The notes: generated from the letters alone by a model not told the origin. DNA of 64,000 nucleotides from Phoronis australis (GCA_002633005.1 NMRA01000013.1:1004599-1068598); one strand, 5' to 3'; shown: positions 20,672 through 34,100, counted from the first letter of the stretch. Translations and numbers: made by a program.

Positions 20672-21961
20672 CTAAGGAAAAAGGTGAATTAACGGGTTGT
20701 CTCGAATCCAGCCTCCATTTTCAAAATATTCATTACGAAAAATGTAATTCGCAATCTAAGCTAGTGCTAGAAGGCATTATCCTGTATCTGTGTGTAAAAA
20801 ATATTACATGTATATCCTGCCTCTGTTAGCATCACAGTATAGTAAACAATACTAAAACCAGGCCATTCGGTCAAATTTTTACCATACTATGAACGAAAAT
20901 TTGCCGCCCTTTTCACATGGTTATTTTACCTCATGTCACAGCGCCACCTATACATGTATGCTCAACTTTGAAAGAGTGCAAGGATTATGTCTGCAAATAT
21001 ACTTCAATGTTTAGATTGATACATGGAGCATAAAAATTACCCATTCGTGGTACCACTTTGTCTTTTCTCTTCTCCCACCGCCAGAAGTCGCTCTTTTCCC
21101 TTTTCTCTTCTACCGTTGTCGATTGATACACTGGAATCATTGGCTGCTCAAAGTCAGACGATCTGAAATTTTCGACATTTGTACAAATTACGTGTATACT
21201 GAATAGTACCAGGATGGTGTCTTTCTGATAGTGTAACATATCAGAATTGCACAACAAATTCACATAAATATTTAGAAAATACTGGCAGAAAATCTATTTC
21301 CTAACAAAAACATATGCTGTAATCTTTTGAGATGCACAAGACCTCGCAAAATCACGCGATTGAAAGAGTGAAAGGCTAGTTTTACTCGAGTACGCTCTAG
21401 ACCATATTTGCATAACCTAGCAAAATAGCGAACACGAAAGTGATTTGTCGATAAGCCTGAAATGCTGAATTATGAGATTGAATTATGACATATGATTCAC
21501 TCTGTTTGCGTACCATAAGCAAAGATAAACTGTCACGTAAAACCCACGAAAGCTCAAAATACCACCGCACGCCTTAACAAAGACACGTTTGAGTATTTCT
21601 AGTACATCAAAAAGTTCATTTCTTAAATTAAGAAAAATTCAACAAAAGATGTCCCTGTTGTCTTGATATTAAAGTAACATATTTTCAACGTGACTGTTTT
21701 TCACACAACGTTTCCATCTCATTCATTTTCAGTCACTTCAATAAAATGCAAGTCTTTAATTTACCTGTATGGCGGTGGGGGTTGTTCATTGTCATCGCAG
21801 GGTGGCGCTGATGGAATGAGTCGCTCCCGCTGCTCCTTCAGGCACTGGTTACCTTCCGATTCTTCGTACGATGGTGGAACGGAGGGAACCAGGCAAGTGG
21901 TAATGTAAACCCCCGGCTCAACTTCAGTTTTGATCGCGTCGAGAGGTTCTGCTCTGTTCAT
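20544..21961 (-). CDS. Uncharacterised small membrane protein (148 aa from the ATG at 21961) with PPxY and PSAP motifs; coding exons 21961-21765, 21162-21041, 20671-20544
   Basis: Acceptors ttttttcag (exon begins 21986), atttcag and ttttccttag; donors ag|gtaaat and g|gtaatt; phases 2 and 1 join to 447 nt: MNRAEPLDAIKTEVEPGVYITTCLVPSVPPSYEESEGNQCLKEQRERLIPSAPPCDDNEQPPPPYRSSDFEQPMIPVYQSTTVEEKREKSDFWRWEKRKDKVVPRMGLGWKLVLGTGFTLFSPILIPLAIVVAIVSGCGSLLHSYLFE*. Confidence 0.8.
21041..21162 (-). CDS. Middle exon of the PY/PSAP-motif protein (SSDFEQPMIPVYQSTTVEEKREKSDFWRWEKRKDKVVPRM)
   Basis: tttcag acceptor, g|gtaatt donor, phase 2 in and phase 1 out. Confidence 0.75.
21765..21961 (-). CDS. First identified coding exon of the PY/PSAP-motif protein
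   Basis: ATG 25 nt into an exon with a strong poly-T acceptor; the apparent ORF stop coincides with the AG|GTAAAT donor. Confidence 0.8.
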
Positions 21962-24900
21962 GACGATGGAGCTACGAGCAGAATAGCTGAAAAAAAAAAC
22001 AAAATTATCTCAAGTTACTTTGATTTTTTTCAATTCGAATGGAGAATGTAGAACTATGTAAAAAAATTCAAAATCCCTGTGTTCAAATTGGAGAATTGCT
22101 ATTGCGTTCCGCACATTATCGAAGACATTAAAAATGTAAATTGATGCTAAGCATTGTATTAGCCATGGGCATTGAACACACGGGATAGTCAGATATCATA
22201 CGTTTATTCACAACTAAATTGACGTTGAATACGTACTGTCCGACAAGGCCGGTTTCACTGAAACAAATATAATGGTATAATAAGTTTTGGGAAATACGTT
22301 CACGTTACAATACAATAAAGATGCAAGGTAATATAGCATGTCTCAATACGAGAAACGGCCAGTGAACTCTGCAGTAGTATGAGAAAAATAGTATAAACTT
22401 ACAATGATATAGGCTCTAGTTTCCATGAAAAAATTGTTAGCGTTGTAAGCGTTACTGGTACAGCGGTACATGTCAAGAAGGCCGGATAGTACCGGAACGT
22501 CGATTATATAAAAAGCTTGAGCCTGACTACACGTGTAACATTACGCAACCTTACGCACACCAAAATAAAATAGTGCATCAACAAGCATTTTACAACTAAA
22601 GGCGACACCAAGAACCAAACTGAGTTGTTGGATTATTTTTGCAACCAGATAATCCACAGAAAACTTGATTTATTCCAGTTCGAAGTCGACTTCCTGGCTT
22701 TCTGTAGCCTTTCTTACGGCGAGTGCCATTTTAAAAATAGCTTCATTAAATACGTATGTAACACGTTTTTTCTGTATAAAAATTGGCACACAAAGAATCG
22801 TTATCTTCTCTGTCACTTACGTAAAACATCTAATGATCACAGACGAAAGATAACAAAATTTTCAAGTCATTTCAAAATTCCAACCACATGCACCGAGGTA
22901 TGTAAAATATGATATTCAAAGGTTTGATCAAATGACAGCCCGTTTCTGGCCGACCACTAGTAAACTTAACAAGTCGTAACTAAATTATGCCTATTCTCTT
23001 AAAAATATAATACACAACAAATGACATACCTAAAGATGTTTCGTCTAATTTGCTTAAAACCGTTTATTTAGTTTTTAATGAAAAAAGTGAGGACAGTGAT
23101 TTTCAAAAAGACATACTCGGTTAAAAGGACGTAAAACGTATTAAAAGACGTGAGACGTATTTTTGGGGTTATTGTTAGATAGGATAGATTTCTTGAAGTT
23201 ATTAGCTTTTTGACAGTAGCTATGAAAGAACAAAATCCGCTACGCTCTTGAAATTTTATTGCAAATCGTCAATTCTTGTCGTAAACTGAAGTCGAGACCG
23301 GGAACTTTATCATTTTCGCTGAAATACCGTTTAAAATACTCGATTGCATGCAGGTTGGAGTACATTTCTGGTAGCAAAGGGTCGGACTGCAATCACCGAG
23401 GTCGTGTGTTGGAATACTTGTTTTAACTAGTGCAGATAAAAACCAAATTTTTCGCCAAACGGGTCAATTTAAAGGCCACTAGTTGAAGTTATTCCCACAT
23501 GCAAAGCCATTTTATGAACGCATATGGTACGAACATGCTTAGCCGTAATGTGGAAATCGATTTATTAAAAGGTTTAAATATTAATCGTTCAGGAATAGAT
23601 TTTTTTCACGGTGTATGGATCATTTCGATGTTTGTGGAGAATCCAGGAATGCGTGTCTTGCATGTGCACCGCAGGCTTGGTGTAGCTGGTTCGGGATTAG
23701 GTTTTAGACCTTTCGAGTGCAGTAGCAGGAATTTAATTTTAAAACATGGTCGAGACCTATGTCTCGATGAGATATAAAATATAACATGGAGCATGACTAT
23801 ATGGTATTAAAGACTTCTTTTTGTTTGTTAAAGATGCAGACTGAAAAGCGATATACATAGTTATGGTTCAATGTGCACTTTAAATGCTTTAGTCATCAAA
23901 TGGTGTAGGGAATTCCCACATCAAAATTCATTTTGTATATGACTCATGCGTATTGGTAAAGACCAAACTTGTATCGTACAAATGTTTTACTATTAAACAC
24001 GAGACCTTCGTACTTTCTACGTGTACCTCGGATCGAATACACTCTGCTTTGTTTTCACCAATTTAGAACAAAACATGTTGGAAACTCATTAACCGAACGT
24101 CATAACATAAAATACGAGCATTTCGTAAGTTGTAGCCAACCCGCACGTGCAACGTTAGCACGTGCTTACCGTTTCATTTCTCGTAGTTCATGAAAATGAA
24201 TTTCGTTTTAATTTAATTTCTTCTGCAGTTTAATAGTGGTGAACCACCAACATCCTGTTAACTTAAAGAAGTTTGAAAGAACTTTGGAAAGAGCTTACGT
24301 TTGTCTACAACTTTTTTGCGTTTTTCGAGACGGAAAATTATTCTTGGAACCAACCATACTGAATGTTTTGCCCATTTAAAAATTTAAAAACTCTCTCAAC
24401 GTGGACGTAAATTCGTTTCACTGAGCGGTAAGCACGATTCAAAGTTCATCTTTTCAGATTTTGCACAAAACAAAGTTTCGTGCAAAGCTTAACCGACCCC
24501 AAATAACGCAATAAATGGGTAGTCGTTTTTCTAATCGCACTATATTTAACAAGCAACTTATATTATAGTTATCACATCCCACTTCCCAATGTTTTGGTCA
24601 AATACCGACCTAGTTCTAGANTTTATGAATTTAAAAAATTAATAGTAAAATAACGAGAGTATGTACATGGCTGTAATTTACGAAAAGAGTTAATTTTAGT
24701 GATATCTTTCGATTGGCAAAGCTAAATTTGTGATCTAAGCAGGCGAAAGTAAAGGAAATAGTGACTTTAACCATATAGAATGTTGTGTCAGTCTATGATC
24801 GCAACGGTAGTAATCTTCAACCTGCGACACTTTGTGCGAACCTTTAAAGCATAAATTGATGCAATTTCCCTGCCTCAACTGTGGTCTGTGAAATTTTTCC

Positions 24901-27030
24901 TGACTAACATAGCCTTCGGACTATAACAGTTTACTTAGATCGTCGCCACAAAAACTGACACATTACTGAAGTCAACCTGGAATAGTAACCGTATGATATC
25001 ACATATAGACAGCAATACGACTACTGCATCCTTTTTTGCTGTGTTATACCAAATGTCACTTCAATGTAATCATACGGTTGTCATCTACGCCAGCATCCGC
25101 AATATTTCCACCAGACTCACATCATTCTAGATACCTTGAATCCTGCCGCAATTTGAGTGTGGCGATTATATGTGCAACTCCACAATGTGTTCAGAGAAGG
25201 TCTTCCTAAACTGTCGCGATTTGAGGATTGCCCATGTGTCTGCCGTTGCGAAAACTCGATCATGTATGGCGACAGTTTTTGCCCCGGGTGTGCACAACTT
25301 ACGCCTATTCGACAGTATCCATCAAATTCCGGCTACGTGAAATGTAGCCTTCTATCGCGAACTTAGAAAACAAAAGATGACCACCAAACCATGACCGCCA
25401 TTTCATATCGTACTTTCTAACGTTTATTATGTTTCGCCTACCAAGTAAACACATAGCGTTTCGGAAATCCCCAAGTGATGAAAAACAAAAAAAAATCTTA
25501 TCAGCAATCGGGAAGTAAAATTCATATGTAAGCAGATTGTGCCAAAACTAGTCTCTATGACATAATCGGCGTTCAGCCCCAGCGCGGAACAGAGAACTGC
25601 TCTGCTGGCTGACGTAACTTTCACTCGCGTTTTACGTGAGAGTATTTCAAACCTAAAACTGCAAAGGTGGATCTGGGGAAGTCAAGAGGCTTCGAAACAC
25701 CTCTGTTTCCCTTTTCCTGGGAGGGAGTCACAACCGCTAGGAGTGGGAGGCTGCGCTACAGAGGCGCAGCAACCCAGAGACAACAGACAAGAGGGCAAAC
25801 ATCGAAGGCTATGATTCCGGGTGCAGTACTTGATTTCCGACTGCAGAGTTTCGAGTCCGGTCAGCGAGGGACGCCCACAGTGCTGTCCTGACTACTAGAT
25901 TTTGCACATCAGCAGTGTCTAGAACATTTAACCCAATCTCAAAAATGTTCCGGTGCCTTGCAGCCTTACGGCTCTCCAAGAAATGCAATCGAAATAATTA
26001 CTGACTATCATTCATCGGTTTTCTATCAGAGATAAAACGTGGTTTTGAAATTAGTTTGGAAAAACATTTTAACATTGCCAATTCATTTTTAAAATCGGTT
26101 AATTTTCATTTCATCTCTTGACTCTACATGCCAATTCCCACACAATGTTATTCCTTTCAGGAAAACCCTGACCTAAACTATACCGTTGAAGTTACACCAT
26201 TCATTGAATTCATGTATAATGCGTGCTGCCTCCAACCTTGTAAGCAATGTATTTTTCGCTTTATGCAAATTTGAATTTGTAAATCCGTCAACGCTGAATT
26301 TCATGGTGGTTGCCATGTACAATGAAGTAGGAATATTAAGCAATATTCTTTGTTGTGTGTCATTTTGAAGTAATTTATTAGAGCAACTAATAATTTTACT
26401 TACGAAGCACTTTTTTGTCGGAGCAGCGTCATCTGTCGTTGTTGATGACTTGTCGTTTTATGACCTCAGTGTTCTCGTGCGTGGCTTTATTAACAAACAG
26501 GGTAAATTCCCCAATCAAAGCGCTTTCGATTTGAACTCAGGTCTAAGTCTCATGTACATTCTATCGCAGTGTCATTTGCCGGAAGAATAAATTTGAAGAC
26601 ACAGGCAATACTTATTGACAAGACACGGGACATTCTATATCAGGATTGCGACATTCCAGGCAATAGTGTCTATGTTTCGAGAGTTCGGTTTCTTGAAGCT
26701 CGCATTGCAAACCAATAAAATGATTTAATTCCAATTTTTGATTCACTTAGCTGTCAAAGATACCCAGCCTTTTTACTTTCAAATCGTAAGGGCGTTCTCA
26801 ATGAAATATTTTTCTCACCAACAGATTGCTTTTACGAACCACAATCCTTTTCTCATGAACACCGTTATCTTCTTAGTTGAAAACTAGAGCACAAGGATGA
26901 ATAACGGATTATTAGAGAACAACTATGATTAAGCATCGCAACGCATTATGTAACTTTGCGCTGCGTTGTCGTAAAAAGCACATTGTCGGTCTTTAAAGGG
27001 TAACATAAAAATATCAACTGGCTTGACCTC

Positions 27031-27084
27031 TATAATATAATACAATATGATGCAATACAATATAATATGATATAATTTAATATA
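27031..27084. repeat. Degenerate pentanucleotide microsatellite (ATAAT/ATACA)n
   Basis: tataatataatacaatatgatgcaatacaatataatatgatataat. Confidence 0.75.
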
Positions 27085-30000
27085 TTTTTGGTGTAGTAAT
27101 CAAAATGAAACTCCCGGGTGAGAGTACGGAAAGAAGACGAACGTCGAAACGATGTCATGTTACCGCTGGAAAGACTAAAAAAAATGTAAACAACTATAGC
27201 TATGGGAATTCACTGGCTGATCCAGAATAGGAGCCAGTGGATACGAACAGCAGTTCCATAATTTCTGCTTTGATGGAAAGGAAGAATGTAAGTCAAACTC
27301 TCTCCACTGAGTAAATATCCTAGGTAACCACGTGGGGTTATGATGCTTGTCATAAATTTCTCTTGAAGATGTCTGACCTTGGGCAGGCATTTGATATTAG
27401 CATAGTTTCATTGAGCACACTTACGGCTTGACTCTAGGTTTTTCCAGTCTGATCGCCGGCGTTTTTTTGTTTGCCACACCTTTGCCTTCACGGGTCAGAT
27501 GTCACAACTCGCCGGATAGATTGACAAGTGTACGGTTAAGTTGGTGGTTATGACAGTCGCGTGAACTATTGTTTAGTTTGTAAGTCAGCAATAGCGTGTA
27601 ATGTGGGCCAATGGCCTTATTACACTAAAACGTTGATTGATTTATTGATTGATTGGTTAGATTATCTGTCCAAGTGACCACATGTTCTATTTTCAGACAA
27701 AATATGACATCATCTTGTAATTTGAACTTTTACTGTAACTTCATCGAATTTTTGAAAGCTATCGGCCCACAGTTCACAATAGCATAGATTATAAACTTCA
27801 TGGTACAGAGCCACTTAAGATTAAACATTTCGCTTTTTGTCATTGTTTGGAAATATCATGAAATGTTTTAAAAACATTTACTGAAGTCGTAGACATTTTG
27901 TTTTAGGTCACCAAAAATAAAAAGTATAGCTAAGAAGCGGATTGGTAAGAGGAATAAGACTTAACAATGGATTTTCTCGTACCTTCCTCTGAATGGTAGA
28001 GTTCTGATGTGGTTTGCTTATTAACAAACAATGTGTGTTAGAAATCAGAATAAACATTTATTTTATTGGTCATTGTTATGAAACTTTATCTGTCTTCAGC
28101 CAACCTCACTGTAGTACATTAAACGTTCGTAGGTTTTTGAGCTACCAAAAAATTGCAAAACGATTACGAAAAGTAAAGCCCCGCACGAATCTCGAATGTT
28201 GCTGTTACACAAAATCACGTGACACTCGAAACTGAAATTTGAAATTTATCAGTACCTACAGTCGCCGCCACACCGTGTTGTATCAGTGATGTATTGTTGC
28301 CAAACGGTTACCAAAATTTGAACATCATGAAAAAGACCTTAGCAAGCAAACCACATCTCGATGCCTTCGTTGAAATCATAAATACAAGAACTTATAAGCG
28401 CACGCACGGACGCCGCACGCACACAGAGTGTGTACAGTCACCACCAATTTCACACCGATCCTTACACCCCTGTCGTCACCAGTCTCCCGCCATCCGTACC
28501 GGTTGTCATCATTCACGCAGCCTGTTGAGGGCCACCGACTACCATTACATTATAGCGTGTGTAAACAATTTTACAGCTGTTATCTTGTGTTTGCAGTAAA
28601 TTTACCTTATCAACGATGATCAATTATTACTTGACTATTTACGAAAACACTTGTTTGTCTTGAACACTCGTCCTGTAAAGGTACAGTGCCGGGTTCACTG
28701 GAGATTTCTAAAAGAGCCCCCACCACCATAGCACCCCCATGGGGACTCCTTCGGAAACAAGGAGCGAAAAAGCACCATGGGGACTATTTTTTAATTTCTG
28801 GAACGTGGAAAAGGTATGGAAAATGTCACACAATGTCACAATGGTCTGTTGAAACAGTTTAAATTCATTTATGCCTTGTCAACGGAGGCGTTCTCGGACT
28901 ACTCTTACTGCAGCCAAATTGCAGATGAAGTGAGTCGTTACGAGACCACGACGTGTGTTTGTTGGACTCCCCGTGACGTATGAGTACAGGTTCCACCTTT
29001 GACTAAAAAGTCAGAAAACTAGCGATTGACAAATCACGAACTACCTGTCTCAATGACTTATCAACGAATTTTACATCGAATCGACCAAAACGTCAATATC
29101 GAGAACAGTCAGTAGTCTCTTACCCGACTTATGTCTAAATTTTTCTAAATCCGGAATATCGTAACACAGAAATGGCCGATTCATATGAGACTTCCAGATC
29201 CTAAACTTTAAACTCAGTCCTCTTAAACTTTTTACGAAATGCTTTCAAAATGCTCCACTGTTGCACGAGGGTCTATATATAAAGAATGAGACTTTTGTTA
29301 AATTCATAAAAAGCTGAAATGTTGCACAAAGCGAAAACGAAATTCTAACTTAGAAAACTGTGGCAACGCTTGGAGACTTCTTCTTGAACATCACGTAAGT
29401 GCTAAAAATAGTGACGGCTGGAATACTGCTCTGAAATTTATGGCACCACGTTTAACCGCCCGCATAATGTAAGCCGAGCAAGAAGTATAGTACACTCCTT
29501 GGAGGAAGTAGAGATCGCTTCAAGAACGCCGGCTTCCTTTGAAATTTTATAAGCGTTAAGTGCATTTGCACTTAACACTCGTACTATTGTTTGTCCGTTT
29601 ATTTGGGGGATAGGCAGCCAAGTATCTCGTATGCGTAAATATCGAAACCAAGAGATCCTCTTCGGTCGAATTTTGCTGACACATGCAACTTCGCCTGAAT
29701 GTAAATAGAAATTACGTAGTATTGGAAGGTCTATACACACTGACATTTTGTGCAGTGCATAATTTGCTGAAATAAAAACGACTCCCATAATCGGCTGACC
29801 AGTATTACCAGAAAAATAGTGTGAGCAAATTTATTCATGTCGATCACACTCATACAAAAAATGTGACCTGTCGGGAGCGTACAAACAAGTAAGAAGCAAA
29901 CTTCACCACAAAGCGACATGAAATTCGTCAAATGACTATTGTAAAGATCTCCCACTGCTAGGCAATGGGTACACTTGACTTCGCTGGTTTCGCCGTGTAA

Positions 30001-33000
30001 ACGACCAGGGCTTAGGCATATGACTGGTTTCTATAAGGAAGTCTAGCGCTTAAAACAATCAGGTGTCTTAGGCTGTTGACCCTACGGGACCGGCAAAATC
30101 AGTCAACAGCAGCCGATGACCGGAGCAGCATTTGATTTGAAAGTCCTGTGGTCTTGAGCATCGTCTCGACTCCTAACTTCAGTGATGCAAGTCAAGTGTC
30201 CTGCGAACATTTTGCGCCATCTTCCGATTAAGTTGAGAACCAACCAGTATATAAATTTAAATATAATGCAACATGGGCTATCAGATGGTTATCAAAAGAG
30301 CAAGAGGAAAAGTAAGAATGGAAATTTCACCACCGAAGACTTCTCTTTAGTAGTCGCGGACACAGGTATCGGTAATATCTGAGAATGAGCCACAGAAACG
30401 GAAATTTAAATGAAAATTTCCATTTTATACCACAAAGTATCCTCCGGTGCGTAGTGCCATACACGCAATCTGCACGTGCGTCGTACAAAAAAACAGAAAA
30501 AAGTAAAAAGATGGTTTTTAATTGAAAGCTCATTTTTCAAAATCTTTCTGTGAACTTTTGAAAAGACTGAAAACTCGCCCTTCTGTGAAACACAATCGGT
30601 TGTCATCACAACACTCATACACAATCCATTCATAAGGACGACAAAAGCTTTGTTTTAGTTGAGGCAGACTTCGTTAATAAAAATAAAACTCACATTATGA
30701 AAGTTGTACTTCTCCTTTGCATCGTTTTTGAAAGTTTGTCTCAAGGAGAGTTTGTAAAATACACAGTCAGTTTCGGCCTATTTTTGAAACGTTTGGAATT
30801 GAAGCTGCATTGCGCCCTGTTAAGCGGAAGCGAAATCGTTGAAGGCCTTTCATTTTAATAAATTTGGTCGATTAGTACTCCTTACCTTGACAGGATTCTA
30901 TTTCTGTTGCCAAGTCAAGTTACAGGCATTACCACGCGCCATTTAGTGTTGATCAACCGCATTAAATTCTGAAGGATTTTCTCAGTTGGGACGCTTATGG
31001 TTTTGAAGTTCTGTTTGGAAACGAAAACAAAAAAACAATTACAGATTTTACGAGAGAACAAAGCATAATTCTATTTTCGTTTTAGCTGGCTAAATAGGGC
31101 GAAATGTAATTTTAAGTACGCTGTTAATCACACGTGTTCATGTGATTTCACAGACATAACAGTGAACCAAACTTAATCTGACAAAAAACCTTTGCAACAT
31201 GGTAATTGTGCGTAGCAGACAAACATTGCTAGCGTAGCTTACACTGTATGCCCCTGGCTTACGTTCGAAAAGACTAGGGTAAAGAAAAACAACCCATAAG
31301 ACAAGTTATCGACGAAGATCTACAGCAATGGTTGAATCTAGCAAAAATATAAACCGGAAATTCACTTCGAGATTTCAACCTCTCACATAACATCAAATAC
31401 ATGTTGCCGTGCTGTCCATTTTCAGAAACTGTGCTAACGACTAAAATCGACAATTCTGTCAGCTCATTATGGTGGAAAAGGTTACTGAATGTAGACACAT
31501 GGGCGTGCGTTTGAGTTGATCTGTTTTGAAAATTGTCCGGTAGGTGTCATGAAATTGAAGTCTTACTGCCATCTCCCGTACCAACTGGCGCATTTCAGAC
31601 GCGGTAAGCAAACCAGGTGCGGCATTTTCAAACAAAAACACATACATTATCTTCTAATATCTCACAACAAAAGGAATGATGCATAGTTGTTGGTTCCCCT
31701 TCTCCTTAACTGCTCCCTCTGCCAAATTATTTTTTAACGGAGTCACGATATACCGTCGATTTTCCGGACATGTTGTTTGATAGTATTAGCTGAGCTGACT
31801 CGTGGACGAGAACCGTTTCGCCACCTGGTGACTGCTGATCACGACTCGCGGAACTCAATGGTGCTATAAAACTAGACCCTAAATATAAAATAATTACCAA
31901 TGATCATTTCTGTTGTTTCTGGGTAACGTAATTTACCTTACCAATATTTACAAGCTACTCTTCATAATAGGATTAAGATTATGTGCGCTTTCAATATAGT
32001 TCAGTGAACGAATCGAAAAATCGATAAATGCGACTAAGATAAATGAAGGTAGTATTAGCATTAGGAGTTGAGCCATAACAATCGTGTGTTGTCGTACAGT
32101 GAGAAAAAACAAAAGAATCGAACCACAGTTTGACGATCAATGTAGTCTCGGGGATGTGTGTCAGAGATACTATGAAGATTTGCACTGAACGCTGGGTAAA
32201 ATTACATACTCGGCTCATAAAAAATCATTGTTTAAAGACCCGAGCGAGGCAAATTAGGTCAGCCTGAAATCGCAAATTTCAAACTGGAATAAGCCAAGTT
32301 AACGGCAGCGAATGGTCGCAATCAAGGAACTCCCGATTCGGCCCCAGTGTTTAAGCCTGTGTTAGTTGGAACTCTTAAGTGGCAACATAAAAAAAGAACG
32401 TGCCTTACACTTGTTCACGTATTATTATAAACAATGGTGTGTATGAACGACATGTGAATGAAACATCTGATTTGAAAGGAAGTTTTCGTTTGATTATTTG
32501 TAATGGCATTTGGTGTTTTGTTAAGGAAATCTAAATAAAAACAAAAAAGCAAACTTGATAGCTTCCAATCCACTCGGGTAATTTCGTAGCCTCAAGCCAC
32601 GAAAATACCCGAGTGGTTAATTTCGTATTCTATAGACTCTAAACCAACAAGTATTTTATTCCCATTCTCATAGCTTAGAAAAAATGAAGGCGTGCAGGTG
32701 AAATGAAATGATTGTACATGCAGTCAAGTGGCTTTGCAATGTATGTCTCTCCATATGGCGGTTAATTAATGGATCAAACCAGTGATGTCATCCAATACAC
32801 AAGGTGTCTAGTCATCTTGACGCAATTGCTCTCGCGCATCAACTGAATTTGACTTTCCATGAAAACATTATCGCAAGGTCAGCAAGAGGTACGCGGGTGC
32901 CATCGGATGATCATTTTCTTAATCAGAAGATGTTACATTTCTCGAAACGTCAGTCGCATTAAAGGCGTGCTAAACCCAGGGTTTCAGGCATGACCATTTA

Positions 33001-33793
33001 AATAGTCTGCATTTGTTTCTACTCAGATTAGAATGATTTTAGGCTTCAGCTACAAGAACTAACTGTTTGTTATTGCCTCGGAAGTCGCCCATCGAGTATC
33101 TTATCTCGTTTCAATCGTCAACGCAGTACTGTTATCAAGGGAATACCGGGCGTTTATTAGTAATCAAGTTCAGTTCAATTTAAATAACGGCTTAACAGGC
33201 AAAGGCGTTTCATGGAAGAGAAAAATACACCTGCATGTGAAGAAAATTGATGTTTTTAACTGCAGAGCATGCATCACAGCGGCGTTTATAATCACGTGCA
33301 GGGTGAGATGGCGGTTAAAATGTTACCGCTGTGACTGCGAACTATAATTTCATCGAGTAACGACCAGTACCTGGTCGAGCATATGCGGGTTTGCTTATGT
33401 ATTCTGAAACAATAATTACCCTAGAGCATGGGTGGCATCAGTGGATTTGCCTGAAGCTCATTCCGGTGTAGACACTCGGACGTAAAGCAAAACCATGCAC
33501 GATCACAAAACTCACGTCAGTGAAAGTCTTTTTTTCGTGAGTACGCTGACGGGGCTTTACTCTCGCACACTAGCAAATTGGACACTAAAATGATCGGTCG
33601 GCGAGGCTGGAGTGTTGAATTATGGGACAGATTTTTAACTGTTTTCCCTCTATAAGCCAAAACACAACTTCTATCCGCACGTGCCCCTCGAGTGTCTTGC
33701 GTTTGAGGAACACACCCAAGAGTTAATGCTTCAAAAGGCCATGGGAATGTCTATAGTCCACTTACGGGTGATTAAGAAAGAAGGTTATTTCAG

Positions 33794-34100
33794 TTAAGGG
33801 CCCTAGACTCGAAAATGTCCAAATTGGGGTGTTTTCAGAACATAATTTCTCTAAACCGGCTGATCGGATTCATATGAAACTGTTACATACTATGCTTTAT
33901 GTACTCTTCTGCAAAACGCTGTTAGAACTTGTACTTAAAATGTTTAATTTTTGAAGTAGGAGCTATCAAAGGGGACTTTATCAATTTTATGAAAAAAGCA
34001 AGTGTCACAAAGCAGGCTCATAACTGTTAGACTCTTTTCGAGATTTCATTTTGAACATTTATATCAAATAAAATTTGGCCATGTTATTGATAACATTGTT
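33794..34100. mobile_element. Probable end of a TTAA-targeting (Kolobok-like) non-autonomous DNA element; right end not located
   Basis: TTAA|GGGCCCTAGACTCG terminus followed by MITE-like internal text; no matching second TIR found. Confidence 0.3.

Noticed and set aside
21761-21961. Stand-alone 66-aa ORF ending PPPPYR*
   Set aside because: The stop lies inside a splice donor (AG|GTAAAT); better explained as one exon of the 148-aa gene.
23369-23418. tRNA-like stretch (tggtagc...gactgcaatc...gaggtcgtgtgttggaatac)
   Set aside because: No acceptor stem and a degenerate B box; at most a decayed SINE head, not a tRNA gene.
7482-24621. Single N bases at 7482 and 24621
   Set aside because: Assembly joins; no adjacent duplication seen and no biological meaning inferred.
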